Of a stretch of DNA of 64,000 nt, positions 1 through 11,100 are shown one piece after another. The DNA comes from a virus (Duplodnaviria > Caudoviricetes), in IMG/VR virus record IMGVR_UViG_3300028833_000072; one strand, written 5' to 3'. The translations under genes were made by a program, and so were the position numbers. The stretch's first letter is position 1, and the number at the start of each line of letters is the position of its first letter. The notes under the pieces are model-generated. The model searched no databases, was not told the origin of the DNA, and saw nothing but the letters and a program-made list of their open reading frames with translations.

Positions 1-29
1 AATCATTAATATTAATTGAATTCATTATA

Positions 30-425
30 TATGTGCGGCGGATACTCCTGCTTTAACTGCAAGGAGCCGCGCTCCTCCTCTCTGTTAAATATGTCTTGCG
101 CCTAGAAATCAATACTAACTTCTTATAGCTAATACCAACAGAAATCTTAGTTCCATCAAGCTTACGAATATCAAAACTTCCACTCACACATCTGCCAAAG
201 ATAAAATCTACCTCACCTTGACATTTAACCTTATCAAAGAGCCTGTAACCAAAAAGCTCATACGGCAATTGATTTCTCTTGTGAGTGCCGCCTTTATTAA
301 TTGTAAGTTTATGAATCTGTCGATTATGTTTACGAACTTGCTTTTGATACCGTAGTTCTTGAAGAACCGAAGCTAGTCAAAAAGAACTTATACGAACTCA
401 CGTTTTTAGGCGTGGGGTTTTTAAC
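30..425 (-). mobile_element. Internally deleted IscB (IS200/IS605 OMEGA) element: 5' part of omegaRNA fused to IscB C-terminus and end hairpin
   Basis: Minus strand from 425 reads GTTAAAAACCCCACGCCTAAAAACGTGAGTT...TTGACTAGC...AACTACG (omegaRNA-like start). It runs straight into YQKQVRKHNRQIHKLTINKGGTHKRNQLPYELFGYRLFDKV (IscB C-terminus, similar to the 42598 IscB), then the end hairpin CTCCTTGCAGTTAAAGCAGGAGTATCCGCCGC. Confidence 0.75.
53..350 (-). pseudogene. iscB: IscB C-terminal fragment
   Basis: Frame open upstream of the ORF-track start; RxxNRQIHK...GG..KRNQ.PY..FG.RLFDKV motif; no RuvC-I/HNH region. Confidence 0.75.
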
Positions 426-530
426 TATATACTCCTATAATTTTTATAAAAAAATAAGACTTTATATATTAAAATAGATTAATATACAAGTCTTATTTTT
501 TTTATGTATATATTTTTTTATTCAATAGAA

Positions 531-1037
531 TTACTGATATGATATATGCTTTTCATCGGCTTCTATAATATTACCATCAGTTAATTCTATTTGATAATAT
601 TGCTTTTTATTTACGTCATATGGGCCGAATAAAATTTGGCCCTTATTTTGTACCTTATTTATTAATACCATAATTTTATCATCCACTTTATAAATAATAC
701 GTTTATTACGTTTTTTATTAGATTGTTTTTTAGATGAAAAAATATGCGCATCTGAAAAATATTCAGCCAAGTCCTCATCTACGTCTTTGCTTAAATTTTT
801 ATCTAATTCTTTATTATCATTATCATAATAATCATTATTCTCATTATAATAATTTTCTTCATTATAATCATTTTTTAAATCTTCATTATCATCTTTATAA
901 TCATCTTTATAATCATCTTCGTAAATATCTTTATAATTATTATATTGATTATACGAATAATTTTGATCATAATCATTATAGCCATAATAATCATAATCAT
1001 TTGAATAACTTTTATTATACCGCGTATCAAAATACAA
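531..1037 (-). CDS. Hypothetical protein, Y/N/D-rich low-complexity N-terminus
   Basis: 168-aa ORF with GGAGTGA RBS-like sequence upstream. Confidence 0.6.
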   Translation of the reverse strand: MYFDTRYNKSYSNDYDYYGYNDYDQNYSYNQYNNYKDIYEDDYKDDYKDDNEDLKNDYNEENYYNENNDYYDNDNKELDKNLSKDVDEDLAEYFSDAHIFSSKKQSNKKRNKRIIYKVDDKIMVLINKVQNKGQILFGPYDVNKKQYYQIELTDGNIIEADEKHISYQ

Positions 1038-1221
1038 TATAAATCACTCCATAATATTTTTATATAATTAAAATAATACATTTCATAATATATTATTTAT
1101 AAAAAAATATAATAATCATTTAATAAATAAAAAAATATTTTTTTATTAATTTTATTAATAAAAATAGACTTAAAATAAAAAAATGATTAGAAAATAATAT
1201 TAATCTAATCATTATACTATT

Positions 1222-2204
1222 TTAGATAATCTGATTTAATGATTCTTGTATATCATTTTGTACAGTTGCAATAATAGCATCTGGAACAGCAATAATTTTA
1301 TTATTATTGTCATAACCTGTTATTGCAGTAATTACTTCATTATTAATAGTAATATTAATATTATAAATTGTATCCATATCCGATGATTCAGCAAATTTTT
1401 TAGTTAAAAATCTAGAAGACTCAAACTGATATCCCTTCTTTTCCATATGCTTCATAAATAAATTAATATTATCAATTTCTTCATCCATTTTTATAATATC
1501 TGATTGTACTTTAGTAATACTATTAATACTATCATCATCAATTTGCATAACTGATTCATTAATATCATCTATATTAATATTATCTTGTATATCAATATCA
1601 GTATTAGAATTAATATCAGAATTAGTATTATTTTTATTAAAGTTATCTATATCATCGAAATTATCTTCATCATTGAATGGATTAAATTGATCTTTTATCT
1701 TACTGCTTTTCTTTTGCGAAATATCATTTAATTCTTCTTTATCAACTTTTTCTTCTTTATCAACTTTTTCTTCTTTATCAAAATCAGAATCAAAATTATT
1801 ATTTAAATTTAAATAATCACTATTATTTAAATCATCATTATTATCATTATTATTTACAATTTTATTTTCATTATCGAAATCAAAATCTAAATCAAATTCT
1901 AATTCGTCTTTCGATTTTTTATTTTTATCTGCTGCTGTAATTGTTAATTTTTTTTTACTCGTAAATCTAATCTATTTTTATCATAGCCTTTTTCTTTAAT
2001 AAAATTATGCAAATTTGTCATATTAAACTCCATTGCATTAGATGACATATAGCCAATAGCTTCTTGAATAATATTATCTGTAGGCTTAACACCCATAAAC
2101 TGAAGCATTTCTTTAACATGATCACTGTCAATTTTATAACCTGCAAAAATTAATTTACTCTGAATTGGATTAAATGACTTAGTACGTAAATCTTTAATGT
2201 TCAT
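1222..2204 (-). CDS. Hypothetical protein split at an A9 run (ORFs 1944-2204 and 1222-~1950)
   Basis: The 1222-1548 frame is open up to the A9 run near 1948-1956; one extra A joins ...LRVKKK-LTITAADKNKKSKDELEFD... Confidence 0.55.
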
Positions 2205-2242
2205 TATGACACCTCAATTTATATATAAATTTATCTTATTAA

Positions 2243-3514
2243 TTAATATTTAAATATTTGTTCAGTATTTAAATCTACACCAAATTTTGTATGACAATTA
2301 TGACATTTTATTTTTTGAATCGATGCTGTTTTTTTATCTAAGCATAGTGCTGCTGAATGTTGGCAATTAGGACAAATTCTTTGCTTAAATGTATCTGAAT
2401 CTTCATTATTTAAATATTGTTTATCATCATCTTTTATATCATCATTGTCATCAATAATTTCAACATTATCATCTATATCTGCTTTATCTTTATCTAATGT
2501 AGCTGCAGAAGTAGTAATAACAGTTACTTCATTATTAGTATTGTTATCATTAGTATCATTGTTAATGTTATCATTCACTTTTTTTTCTATTGGCGATACT
2601 TCTATGGTTTCAGTAAGAATTTCTTCAGGCATTTTTATATCTTCAATATCTTGTAAAATTTTATCTTTTAAAGAAACTCTACCTTGTGGCGTAGTAATAT
2701 CTACTTTATGTTCTGCATTAATAGCTTTTGCTGATTCATTAGCAGTTTGAGTATAATGCTTCAATTCTTGTTCTTGACAATTTAAATCATAAATATTACC
2801 CGGATTAATATATGCATGAATTTGATCCTGTAATTTTTTTACTGTATGAGCAATTTTTACAATACTATTTTTTATACTAGCCGTTCTATTTTCATACATA
2901 CTAACTTTTTGTTGTAATTTATCAATTTGAGCTTGATTATTTTTTAGTACTTTATTAGTATTTTTTAATTGATTTTGCAATTTCGCAATAATACTGGCAG
3001 TTGTTTGTTCCTGATTAGCATTATCTATTTGCTGATTAGTAATATTAGATGTAGTATTAGTAGGTGTATTAGTAACTGTATCAACTGATTTATTAATAGA
3101 TGGATCAGTTGTTTGCATAGACGGAGCATTTTGATCGTCTGCTTGTTTTTCTAATTGATTAATAGTATCAGCTACTTTTTCTAATTCATCATCTAATTTT
3201 ATAATTGCTTTAGCTCTATTTGTTTTCTTATTATCTACTAATTCTGCAACAATTTGCTTATTTAATTGCTGTTCTACGTCTTCAATCGATGCAACATTTT
3301 TTAATACTGTTACAACATTACCATATTTATTTAAAATATCAGCATTATTTTCTTCTGCATCTAATGCAACATAAAATGTAGAATCATGCCAAACCACTTT
3401 CGGTAAATTTTGAACATTTATAGCTGCTTCGTGTTCCATTTTTTGAGTAGATAAGAATGTAGATAAAAATGATTGGGCCCAATCTGGAGTATTATTCAAT
3501 TTTCTTACTTCCAA
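2243..3514 (-). CDS. Hypothetical coiled-coil protein with C-terminal Zn-ribbon (possible virion/head protein)
   Basis: 423-aa ORF; CPNC and CHNC motifs; recurrent KxA/TAS motifs. Confidence 0.65.
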   Translation of the reverse strand: MEVRKLNNTPDWAQSFLSTFLSTQKMEHEAAINVQNLPKVVWHDSTFYVALDAEENNADILNKYGNVVTVLKNVASIEDVEQQLNKQIVAELVDNKKTNRAKAIIKLDDELEKVADTINQLEKQADDQNAPSMQTTDPSINKSVDTVTNTPTNTTSNITNQQIDNANQEQTTASIIAKLQNQLKNTNKVLKNNQAQIDKLQQKVSMYENRTASIKNSIVKIAHTVKKLQDQIHAYINPGNIYDLNCQEQELKHYTQTANESAKAINAEHKVDITTPQGRVSLKDKILQDIEDIKMPEEILTETIEVSPIEKKVNDNINNDTNDNNTNNEVTVITTSAATLDKDKADIDDNVEIIDDNDDIKDDDKQYLNNEDSDTFKQRICPNCQHSAALCLDKKTASIQKIKCHNCHTKFGVDLNTEQIFKY

Positions 3515-3562
3515 TTCTCTTAGCCTCCATTTTTATTTTATTTATAAAAAAAATAATATTTA

Positions 3563-4036
3563 TTATATTAATTTTGCTAATCTTTGTACTTGATTACCTT
3601 TAGGATAATATAAAACATATACTTTATTAATTTTTAATTCTGTTTTTACTATTTCTGATATATTATTTATATTATCAATAATATTATTATCAATGCTAAT
3701 ATATTTCTTTTGCAACACATACTTTTGTAAATATTCTAAATAAGTTCCGCTAGTCATAATATAAGAAAATATAAATACTAATTTATTATTAGTATCAATA
3801 AATCCTCTAATGAGTGATTCTGACTTTACTTTATATTTACTTACCACTCGTACCATAGCATCTTAATGACCAAAATCTACACCAATACAATGTCTATTTA
3901 CAATAGCATCATCATATGTATTATAATTAGGAAAATTTATAATTTCTTTAATATCATCAGTTAATTGTGCTAATTGTTTTGTATTATCAACTGTTTTATC
4001 TACATCTTCACTAAAGTCAAAAATAATATTATCCAT
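3563..4036 (-). pseudogene. 'RLAK' paralogue interrupted by an in-frame TAA
   Basis: ATG at 4036 reads MDNIIFDF...CIGVDFGH* (TAA 3863-3865) then DAMVRV... in the same frame to VQRLAKLI. Confidence 0.55.
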
Positions 4037-4270
4037 TATCTTTTCTCATTAGCCATTCTGCATGATCATTTGGCTCTATAAATTTCCATATACGATCAAT
4101 GCTAGGTCCATATATTTTATCTTTTCTATTAATATAATTATTTTGAAAATCTGGAAATAATAATCCTAATGGAGTTTGATACATATAATTAGAAGGATTT
4201 GTCATAGATCCATTATCTATCGTAAAAAAATCTCCTGTATAATCACTTAACCAATCTCCATAGTTAGCAG

Positions 4271-4879
4271 TTATTTCTTTTTTTTTAATAGTTTAGCTAA
4301 ACGTTTCATATGATTATTATCTGGAACATATAAAGCATATACTTTTTCAACATTTAACTTTTGTGCTATAATATCTGCTGCTTTTTCTTTATCTGCTAAT
4401 GTAGCAGGTTTAAATAAATGATTCATATTAAGCAAGCTATTATCATCTCTATCTGTAGCCCAAATAGTTTTATGCTTATTATCATTGATAAACGCTATTG
4501 TATTTCTATCATAATAACCTTCTACTATACTCATTTTACGATTATTATTCTCATATTCTTGTAATACTTTGTTATACTTACGCATAAATCCTGCCATTAA
4601 GCCAAAATGCCCAAATTCTAAATCTCCGAATTCTTCATATGTTACAAAGTATTCAAAATCTCCGAGAATAAATAAACCATCTGCAAAAACTATATCTGGA
4701 TATGTATCTCCTACTTCATCATCATTATTTAATAATTTATGATAAATATCATTTTCATTAACTATATTATCATCTTCGTCTATATATTCATCTATTTGAT
4801 TATTTAATCGTACCGGTCTTAATCGCGAATTATTTTTATCATTATTTATAGAATCTTTTAAAGTCATCATATTATTCAC
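4271..4879 (-). CDS. Hypothetical protein, 'RLAK' family; probably extends past the A9 run to ~4030
   Basis: Ends KVYALY...MKRLAKLLKKKK; the -1 frame continues EITANYGDWLSDYTGDFF... Confidence 0.6.
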   Translation of the reverse strand: MNNMMTLKDSINNDKNNSRLRPVRLNNQIDEYIDEDDNIVNENDIYHKLLNNDDEVGDTYPDIVFADGLFILGDFEYFVTYEEFGDLEFGHFGLMAGFMRKYNKVLQEYENNNRKMSIVEGYYDRNTIAFINDNKHKTIWATDRDDNSLLNMNHLFKPATLADKEKAADIIAQKLNVEKVYALYVPDNNHMKRLAKLLKKKK

Positions 4880-4886
4880 TTCCTAA

Positions 4887-5264
4887 TTAACAGCTTTCAT
4901 TAATGCCTAAGAATAAAGGCTTTGTAAAATATAAAGAATTCCTTTTACGAAATATATCATCCGCTGCTTCTTTCAATAATGCTTGTGCTTTAAATAATAA
5001 CGTTTGTTTTTGTTTTATTAACTGTTCAGTTACTGTTGCACTATATAATTTTGCAATAATTGCTATATATAAATCAAAAGCATCATCAAATGAATCTCCA
5101 TCATAAAATGATGAATTATAAAATTGATGTTCCATAATAATTGAATAACGTAGCCTACCAGATATAAGTGTTGCTAAAAATTCTATAGGACTTCCATTTT
5201 TAGCTACACAACTATGTAAAGTTATATAATATGATGCTTTTTTAATTAATCTTTTCATTCCCAT
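4887..5264 (-). CDS. Hypothetical protein
   Basis: ORF in a tightly packed minus-strand operon; starts MKRLIKKAS. Confidence 0.55.
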   Translation of the reverse strand: MGMKRLIKKASYYITLHSCVAKNGSPIEFLATLISGRLRYSIIMEHQFYNSSFYDGDSFDDAFDLYIAIIAKLYSATVTEQLIKQKQTLLFKAQALLKEAADDIFRKRNSLYFTKPLFLGINESC

Positions 5265-5503
5265 ATAACACCTTGACTATACGGTATAGTTTCTTGTGGA
5301 TATGCAGGCTTTGTATTTGGTTCTTCAAAATTTATCATAGACTGATTATTAATTTTATTGCTTACTCCTGGTGTTAATGTCAAATTAGTTGGCCTTTTAT
5401 TTTTATGTAATAATCTTCGTTCTAATTTCTCATATTCTATACCTAAAGGAAGCGAATACTGAATAGAATTATTAATTCCATATACATTCTTACTGATAAA
5501 CAA
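5255..5503 (-). CDS. Hypothetical protein
   Basis: 82-aa ORF with GAGGTGA RBS, operon context. Confidence 0.5.
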   Translation of the reverse strand: MFISKNVYGINNSIQYSLPLGIEYEKLERRLLHKNKRPTNLTLTPGVSNKINNQSMINFEEPNTKPAYPQETIPYSQGVIWE

Positions 5504-5505
5504 TA

Positions 5506-8500
5506 TTATTCACCTCGTAAATAAGAAGTGAATTCTTTATGAACCTTTATAATATTATTATTATCATTTAATAATTCTAGCCATTCTTTTGCTTTTCGCT
5601 TTGTAATTAACTGATTAGCTTGTGCTAATTTTATATTATTTACCAATTTTTTATTTGCTATATTTATATATTCTTTTTTATTATTAAATTCTAAAGGTCT
5701 TACATTATCATCTGCAACATATGAATCAGTATTAATTGCAACTTGTTTATTAGCTAATTTTATTTCACGATTAACTTTATCTTTATTAACTAAATTATAT
5801 TTTTCCATATATTGCAATAATTCAGGTATAGAATATTTAGAATAATAAATATTACCATTTTTTAATAATATATTATTATTAACGAACAAAGAACATGCTG
5901 TTTTTACTGAATCTCTATCAACATAACTATACAATTTATTAGCTAATTGATCTTCAGTAAAATTAATATTAAATTCATTTGCACTAGAATTATTATCAAT
6001 ATATTTTTGTACTAATGATGAAGTTTCAGGTAGAGTATAATTTAAATTTTGCGGAATATTATTATTTAAATCCCACATAAAATCTACGGTATGTCGTAAT
6101 CCGTGATGGCCAATTTCAGCTTTAACATTTAATTTTATATTATCAATATTAACATCAAAAATTTTAATATAATTACTTAATTTATCTAATTGAGAATGTA
6201 TAAATCTAATATATTTATCTAAATCCCAATTTTGTTCGATTTTTCTATCACCAGTATCTTTAACATGAGCCGCAGATACTTTTAATAAATTATGTCGTTT
6301 ACTTAATTTATATTTAATTTCTTCATCAGTTAAAGCTTTTAATGAAGACATAGATAATAATTGTTCTATAGTATATTTAGAAGCATAAGCGTTAGATGCA
6401 ACTTTATAAATTTTATTTTGCTTTTCCCAATTAGCAATTATATCAACTAATTCGTCTTGAGTTTTATTGACTAATGGCTGTAGTTTATTAATAAAATGAT
6501 TAGTCGAAATAACTACTGGAGAATTTACTTTTTTATTATTATTATATTTTAAATACTTACTTAAAATATCGCTAGATGCAAATGCTTGTTTTACTTTATC
6601 AATAGGAACTGAATTCTGATTAATATTTACCTTACAATCTACAATTTGTCCATTATCAAATTTAAATAAACAATTAATATTATTTTTTAATCCAGTATTT
6701 TCATCAAATAATTCACATTGATAATTTAATATTTCATTATCAAATGAAGCATTATGAAAATTAACATTATTAAAATATTGATTTAAATATTTAGAAGCTT
6801 TATTAATAGCAGAAATTAAATTATCTGTAAATTCTATATCTCGTACTCCAGTATCTTTTATATCTTCGCGATTAATTTGTTCGTCTACTCTTTTTTGTAA
6901 ATCATACGTTTTTTCTACAGGAATATTAACATTATTTAATAAATATGATAATGGTTTATCACTTGCATAATAATTATTATCTAATTTAGTTGCTTGATTA
7001 ACTACTTTATCAGTAATTTCATCAATATTTGCTTGTTTAACAAAAGATTTTAAAACTGATTTTACCATATTTTTACTAAATATAGATTTAGCAACTTTTA
7101 AATTAGTATGTTCTTTATTATACGCTTCTACTAATTGATTAGTTACAGGAATAGATTGATTATTAATAGCTAATTTTACTGGTTGATTATTATTATATTC
7201 TGCTTGAACAATATATTTACATAAACCTACTGGAGATACTCTGCCAATTTCAATACTAGTAGCATCATCATTAGTATTAATAATATGAGCATCTTTATAC
7301 TGTTTATTAATAAATGAATATACATTAGCTAATCTAATTGATTTAGACATGATTATATTATCATCACGAATACCAGTATCTTTAATATAGCTAGCAGTTA
7401 TTTTTCTTCCAAAATGCGCTTTAATAGCTAATATTTCTTTTTGTTCTTTATCATTTAGAACTTGATAATTATGTTTTGATAAGCTATTAATAATCGCTGA
7501 TAAAGGATATTCACTAGCATAGAAATTATTATTTAAGGGTTTAGCTATTTTATTTAATACTATATCTGTTACTTTTTCTGGATTTTTAAAAATATTACTA
7601 AATACATTGAATAACATTTTTTTTGAAAAAACAGATTTAGCAAAAATATTTTTCTTATTTGCTTGTTTATATAATACTAATCCTTTACTATAAATTGTAT
7701 CAGGAATAATTATATTAACGCAATTATTATCTTTATACTGTGCTTGAACAATAATATTTTTTATTCCTTGTTCATCATAAACTTTTAATTGGATTTTTGA
7801 ACAGTCTTTATTATATTTAACTAATGAAAATTTAGGTACTTGTTGACTTAACTTATTATATGCACTAGCTAATCTAATAATCTGAGAATATGCAATAGAT
7901 TCTCGTATGGTATCTTTTTCATTTATTCTTGTAATATCATTAATTACCCTAGCACATTTTTTTAATTGCGTTTCTCGTTCATCTTTAGTTAAAATATTTG
8001 CTAAGCCTTCTTGAGCTGAAGTATTAATAATTGCTGATATAGGATATTCACTCGCATAAAAATTACTACCAATTTTATGTAAATTAAAACGCTGCTTAAT
8101 ATTATTAAAATCATAATTTTTAAATACAGTATTTAAAGCATTAATCAGCATTTTCTTAGAAAAAACTGATTTTGCAAAAATATTATATTTACTAGCTTTT
8201 TTATAAAGTTTTAAAGCTTCCGTAATATTTTTTTTATCATTAGTAGTAATATCTATACAATTATTACCATTATATTTAGCAATAAAAGTTAATTTTTCTG
8301 GACCGCGTTCGGAAAAATTAATTATTTTTACTAAAGTACAATCATCATTTATATCATCAATTTCAAATTTATCTAAAAATTTATATAATCGATTATATAA
8401 ATTAGTTAATCGAATCATTGGAGAAAATACTATATTATAATCTCTAATATTATCTTCAACATTTATTCTATCTAAATATGATTGTATTCTAGAAGATTGT

Positions 8501-9780
8501 TCATATAAAGCACTAATTTCTTCTTCAGTTAATAATTTAGTATTAACTTGATTCAATAATTCATTAAATGAATATTTACTCATATAAGTATTGCTATTAA
8601 TAATAGTAATTAATTCTCGTTCACACCAATTATCAATAATAGCTTGAATATTTTCTTTAGAAATTATATTATGTAATTGATTAAAAATAAATGACTTAGT
8701 TAAAATAATTCCATTAGTTAAATATTTTTCTTTATTATTAAATGCATTTAATACATTACTATTTTCGTTTTCTTCTAAAAAGGCTTTTAATGAAACATTA
8801 TTACCGGCATTATTAACATAAGCTATGCCTTGTATATTTTCATTATCAATATTAAAATTAAACGCTACATGCTTTTTTATTTTATTATGTAAAATATCAG
8901 CTGTAACAATTAATCTATCATCTTCACGCTTAAAAGATTTAATTTTAAAATCTGTAAATAAATCATGTAATTTCTTACTAGCATTAATAATTAATGATGC
9001 AGCTGTCGCATTAGGATTTACTGCAACATGTTCTTTATTTTTTACAAATTCAAAACTGGGCAATGAACTAGGCGAACCTTCTTTTTTCATTTTAGGAAAT
9101 AACGAGTCTAAAGCATAACACGTAGCAAATGTATTACTTCCTACTCCAATTATATCTTTTGAAGCAACTAATTCTTTTACCTTATCTAAAGCTGCGCGTT
9201 GATCTCCATTAAATCGGCGTAATACTTCTTCAAGCGTAATAGTATATGCAGTATAAGCATTTGCTTTAGTAGCAGTTTTTACTTTACCTGTTTTTAAATC
9301 CTCAATACATTCATTTAATCCAGATTTGCTAAAAGGATATTCGCCATCATTAACATCAATATTAAATAATTTAGCTGCTTTTAATTTACCATTATTAATA
9401 GAATATTTAAATAAAAAAGTAGCTGGTACATTAGCAATTTTTGTAGTTAATTCGATATTATTATTAATATTATTTACTTTAGTATTATAATGATAACCTG
9501 ATAAGAATTTAGCTAATTCAATTTTTGCAGCTAAAATTAATTCATTATTATCTTTATTCTGATAAATAGAGCGCGAATTAAAATTTCTATTATCACGCTG
9601 GACTTTAGGCATATAATTAAATGCTGCTTGTCTTTGAAATAAATTCTGTTCTATAGGTTCTATTGTTTCATCTTTAAAATCAATACTATTAATCCATTCT
9701 GGAATATTATTATTATTTTCATTAGTAAATAAAGATGATCCAACAGTCCTATAAGATTTATTCATATATATTATCACCAC
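5506..9780 (-). CDS. Large hypothetical protein with degenerate ~170-200-aa internal repeats
   Basis: 1424-aa ORF; recurring D(T/N)(G)IR...IRL, FAKS(V/I)FSK and (F/Y)YAS(E/K)Y motifs. Confidence 0.75.
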   Translation of the reverse strand: MVIIYMNKSYRTVGSSLFTNENNNNIPEWINSIDFKDETIEPIEQNLFQRQAAFNYMPKVQRDNRNFNSRSIYQNKDNNELILAAKIELAKFLSGYHYNTKVNNINNNIELTTKIANVPATFLFKYSINNGKLKAAKLFNIDVNDGEYPFSKSGLNECIEDLKTGKVKTATKANAYTAYTITLEEVLRRFNGDQRAALDKVKELVASKDIIGVGSNTFATCYALDSLFPKMKKEGSPSSLPSFEFVKNKEHVAVNPNATAASLIINASKKLHDLFTDFKIKSFKREDDRLIVTADILHNKIKKHVAFNFNIDNENIQGIAYVNNAGNNVSLKAFLEENENSNVLNAFNNKEKYLTNGIILTKSFIFNQLHNIISKENIQAIIDNWCERELITIINSNTYMSKYSFNELLNQVNTKLLTEEEISALYEQSSRIQSYLDRINVEDNIRDYNIVFSPMIRLTNLYNRLYKFLDKFEIDDINDDCTLVKIINFSERGPEKLTFIAKYNGNNCIDITTNDKKNITEALKLYKKASKYNIFAKSVFSKKMLINALNTVFKNYDFNNIKQRFNLHKIGSNFYASEYPISAIINTSAQEGLANILTKDERETQLKKCARVINDITRINEKDTIRESIAYSQIIRLASAYNKLSQQVPKFSLVKYNKDCSKIQLKVYDEQGIKNIIVQAQYKDNNCVNIIIPDTIYSKGLVLYKQANKKNIFAKSVFSKKMLFNVFSNIFKNPEKVTDIVLNKIAKPLNNNFYASEYPLSAIINSLSKHNYQVLNDKEQKEILAIKAHFGRKITASYIKDTGIRDDNIIMSKSIRLANVYSFINKQYKDAHIINTNDDATSIEIGRVSPVGLCKYIVQAEYNNNQPVKLAINNQSIPVTNQLVEAYNKEHTNLKVAKSIFSKNMVKSVLKSFVKQANIDEITDKVVNQATKLDNNYYASDKPLSYLLNNVNIPVEKTYDLQKRVDEQINREDIKDTGVRDIEFTDNLISAINKASKYLNQYFNNVNFHNASFDNEILNYQCELFDENTGLKNNINCLFKFDNGQIVDCKVNINQNSVPIDKVKQAFASSDILSKYLKYNNNKKVNSPVVISTNHFINKLQPLVNKTQDELVDIIANWEKQNKIYKVASNAYASKYTIEQLLSMSSLKALTDEEIKYKLSKRHNLLKVSAAHVKDTGDRKIEQNWDLDKYIRFIHSQLDKLSNYIKIFDVNIDNIKLNVKAEIGHHGLRHTVDFMWDLNNNIPQNLNYTLPETSSLVQKYIDNNSSANEFNINFTEDQLANKLYSYVDRDSVKTACSLFVNNNILLKNGNIYYSKYSIPELLQYMEKYNLVNKDKVNREIKLANKQVAINTDSYVADDNVRPLEFNNKKEYINIANKKLVNNIKLAQANQLITKRKAKEWLELLNDNNNIIKVHKEFTSYLRGE

Positions 9781-9787
9781 TCTTTTA

Positions 9788-11100
9788 TTAATTTTTAAGA
9801 TACCCGTCTATTTCACTTTCAGCTTCTTGTAAAGTGGTATAAAATCCATTATATGCTAGATTATCCCATTTACCTTCATTATAGCCACTAATATTATAAT
9901 TAGCAGATATAACAATATAAGCTTCATTTATTTCATTTTTTATCTTATTTAAAAATAATTTCCATATTTCGAATATTTTTTGTGTTCTATATGGATGAAT
10001 CGCTTCAACTAAAGTTAATTCATCATCTTTCATTATTGGTTCTAATGCTTTTATTTTTACTGGAGGGACTTCTAATGTCCTCGCTAATAATGTTGTAACA
10101 TTACGTGAACCAAATGTAATAGCATCTAAAGATATTGATAATGGTATTTCCATAATATTATCTTTATCACTATTATTATCTTTATCACTATTATTTTCTT
10201 CTTTATCTGCTATTTTATAAAGTTTTTTTTTAATCTTTGACCAGTAATTTCATACCTACCAGGTGCAGTGCCATCATAATTACGCATATCAGTATCAAAA
10301 TTCCAACCTTCACTACCACCATCGCGAATGTATGAATTATCATTACCACTCATATAATTTTCAATTTTCTTTAAAGACTCATCTGAAAAATCCCAATCTG
10401 TATCATTAAATTGCTCAAACTCTACTTCTTGCTTAGTTTGAGAATCCATTAAACTACTTACTAATTTTAATGCATAATCATTAGGATAACATTGTCTATA
10501 ATATTGTAAAATTCCTTTAGCTTCATTCATATTAACTGGATAACCGTTTTCTCTTAAATCAGCTAATTCCCCAGCAAATAAATGTAAACTATTACTATGA
10601 CTAATATTAGTAGCAAAATGAATTATATCATTTATATTTTTTTTGCTAGCAACCTTTTGCATTAATTTTAATAATCTTTTTGCATATCGCGGTTTATCAT
10701 CTACTAAACATGGATATACTTGATATCCTTGATTAGCTAAACATGCAGCTACCTGCTGTTTTAATATATTATTATAACGTAAAGTAAAGGCTTCATAAAA
10801 ATTCTGTAGAGGACCATCTGCACCATTCCATAAAGTTAATATGCGATCTGCTAAAAATTCAGGCGAAAACTTCATAATAAATACTTCGCCGGAAGCTTGT
10901 TTTTTCATAGCAGTACGAAATAACTGATTATGTTTTTTACTAGCCCATTGTTGGAATTCATATGGATTTATATTATAACCTTTAAGAAAATCATTTGTAG
11001 AAGGATCTGTTAATTCATCACCGTCATCTCTCCAATTAAGTTGTGAAGTTTCATATTCCTTTTTATCAGAAGTATTATATTGATTAGAAATATTATTCAA
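9788..11100 (-). CDS. Hypothetical protein(s): ORFs 10210-11100 and 9788-10153 joined by a -1 shift at an A9 run
   Basis: One extra A at 10223-10231 gives QRLKKK-LYKIADKEENNSDKDNNSDKDNI-MEIPL, in frame with the 9788 ORF. Confidence 0.55.
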
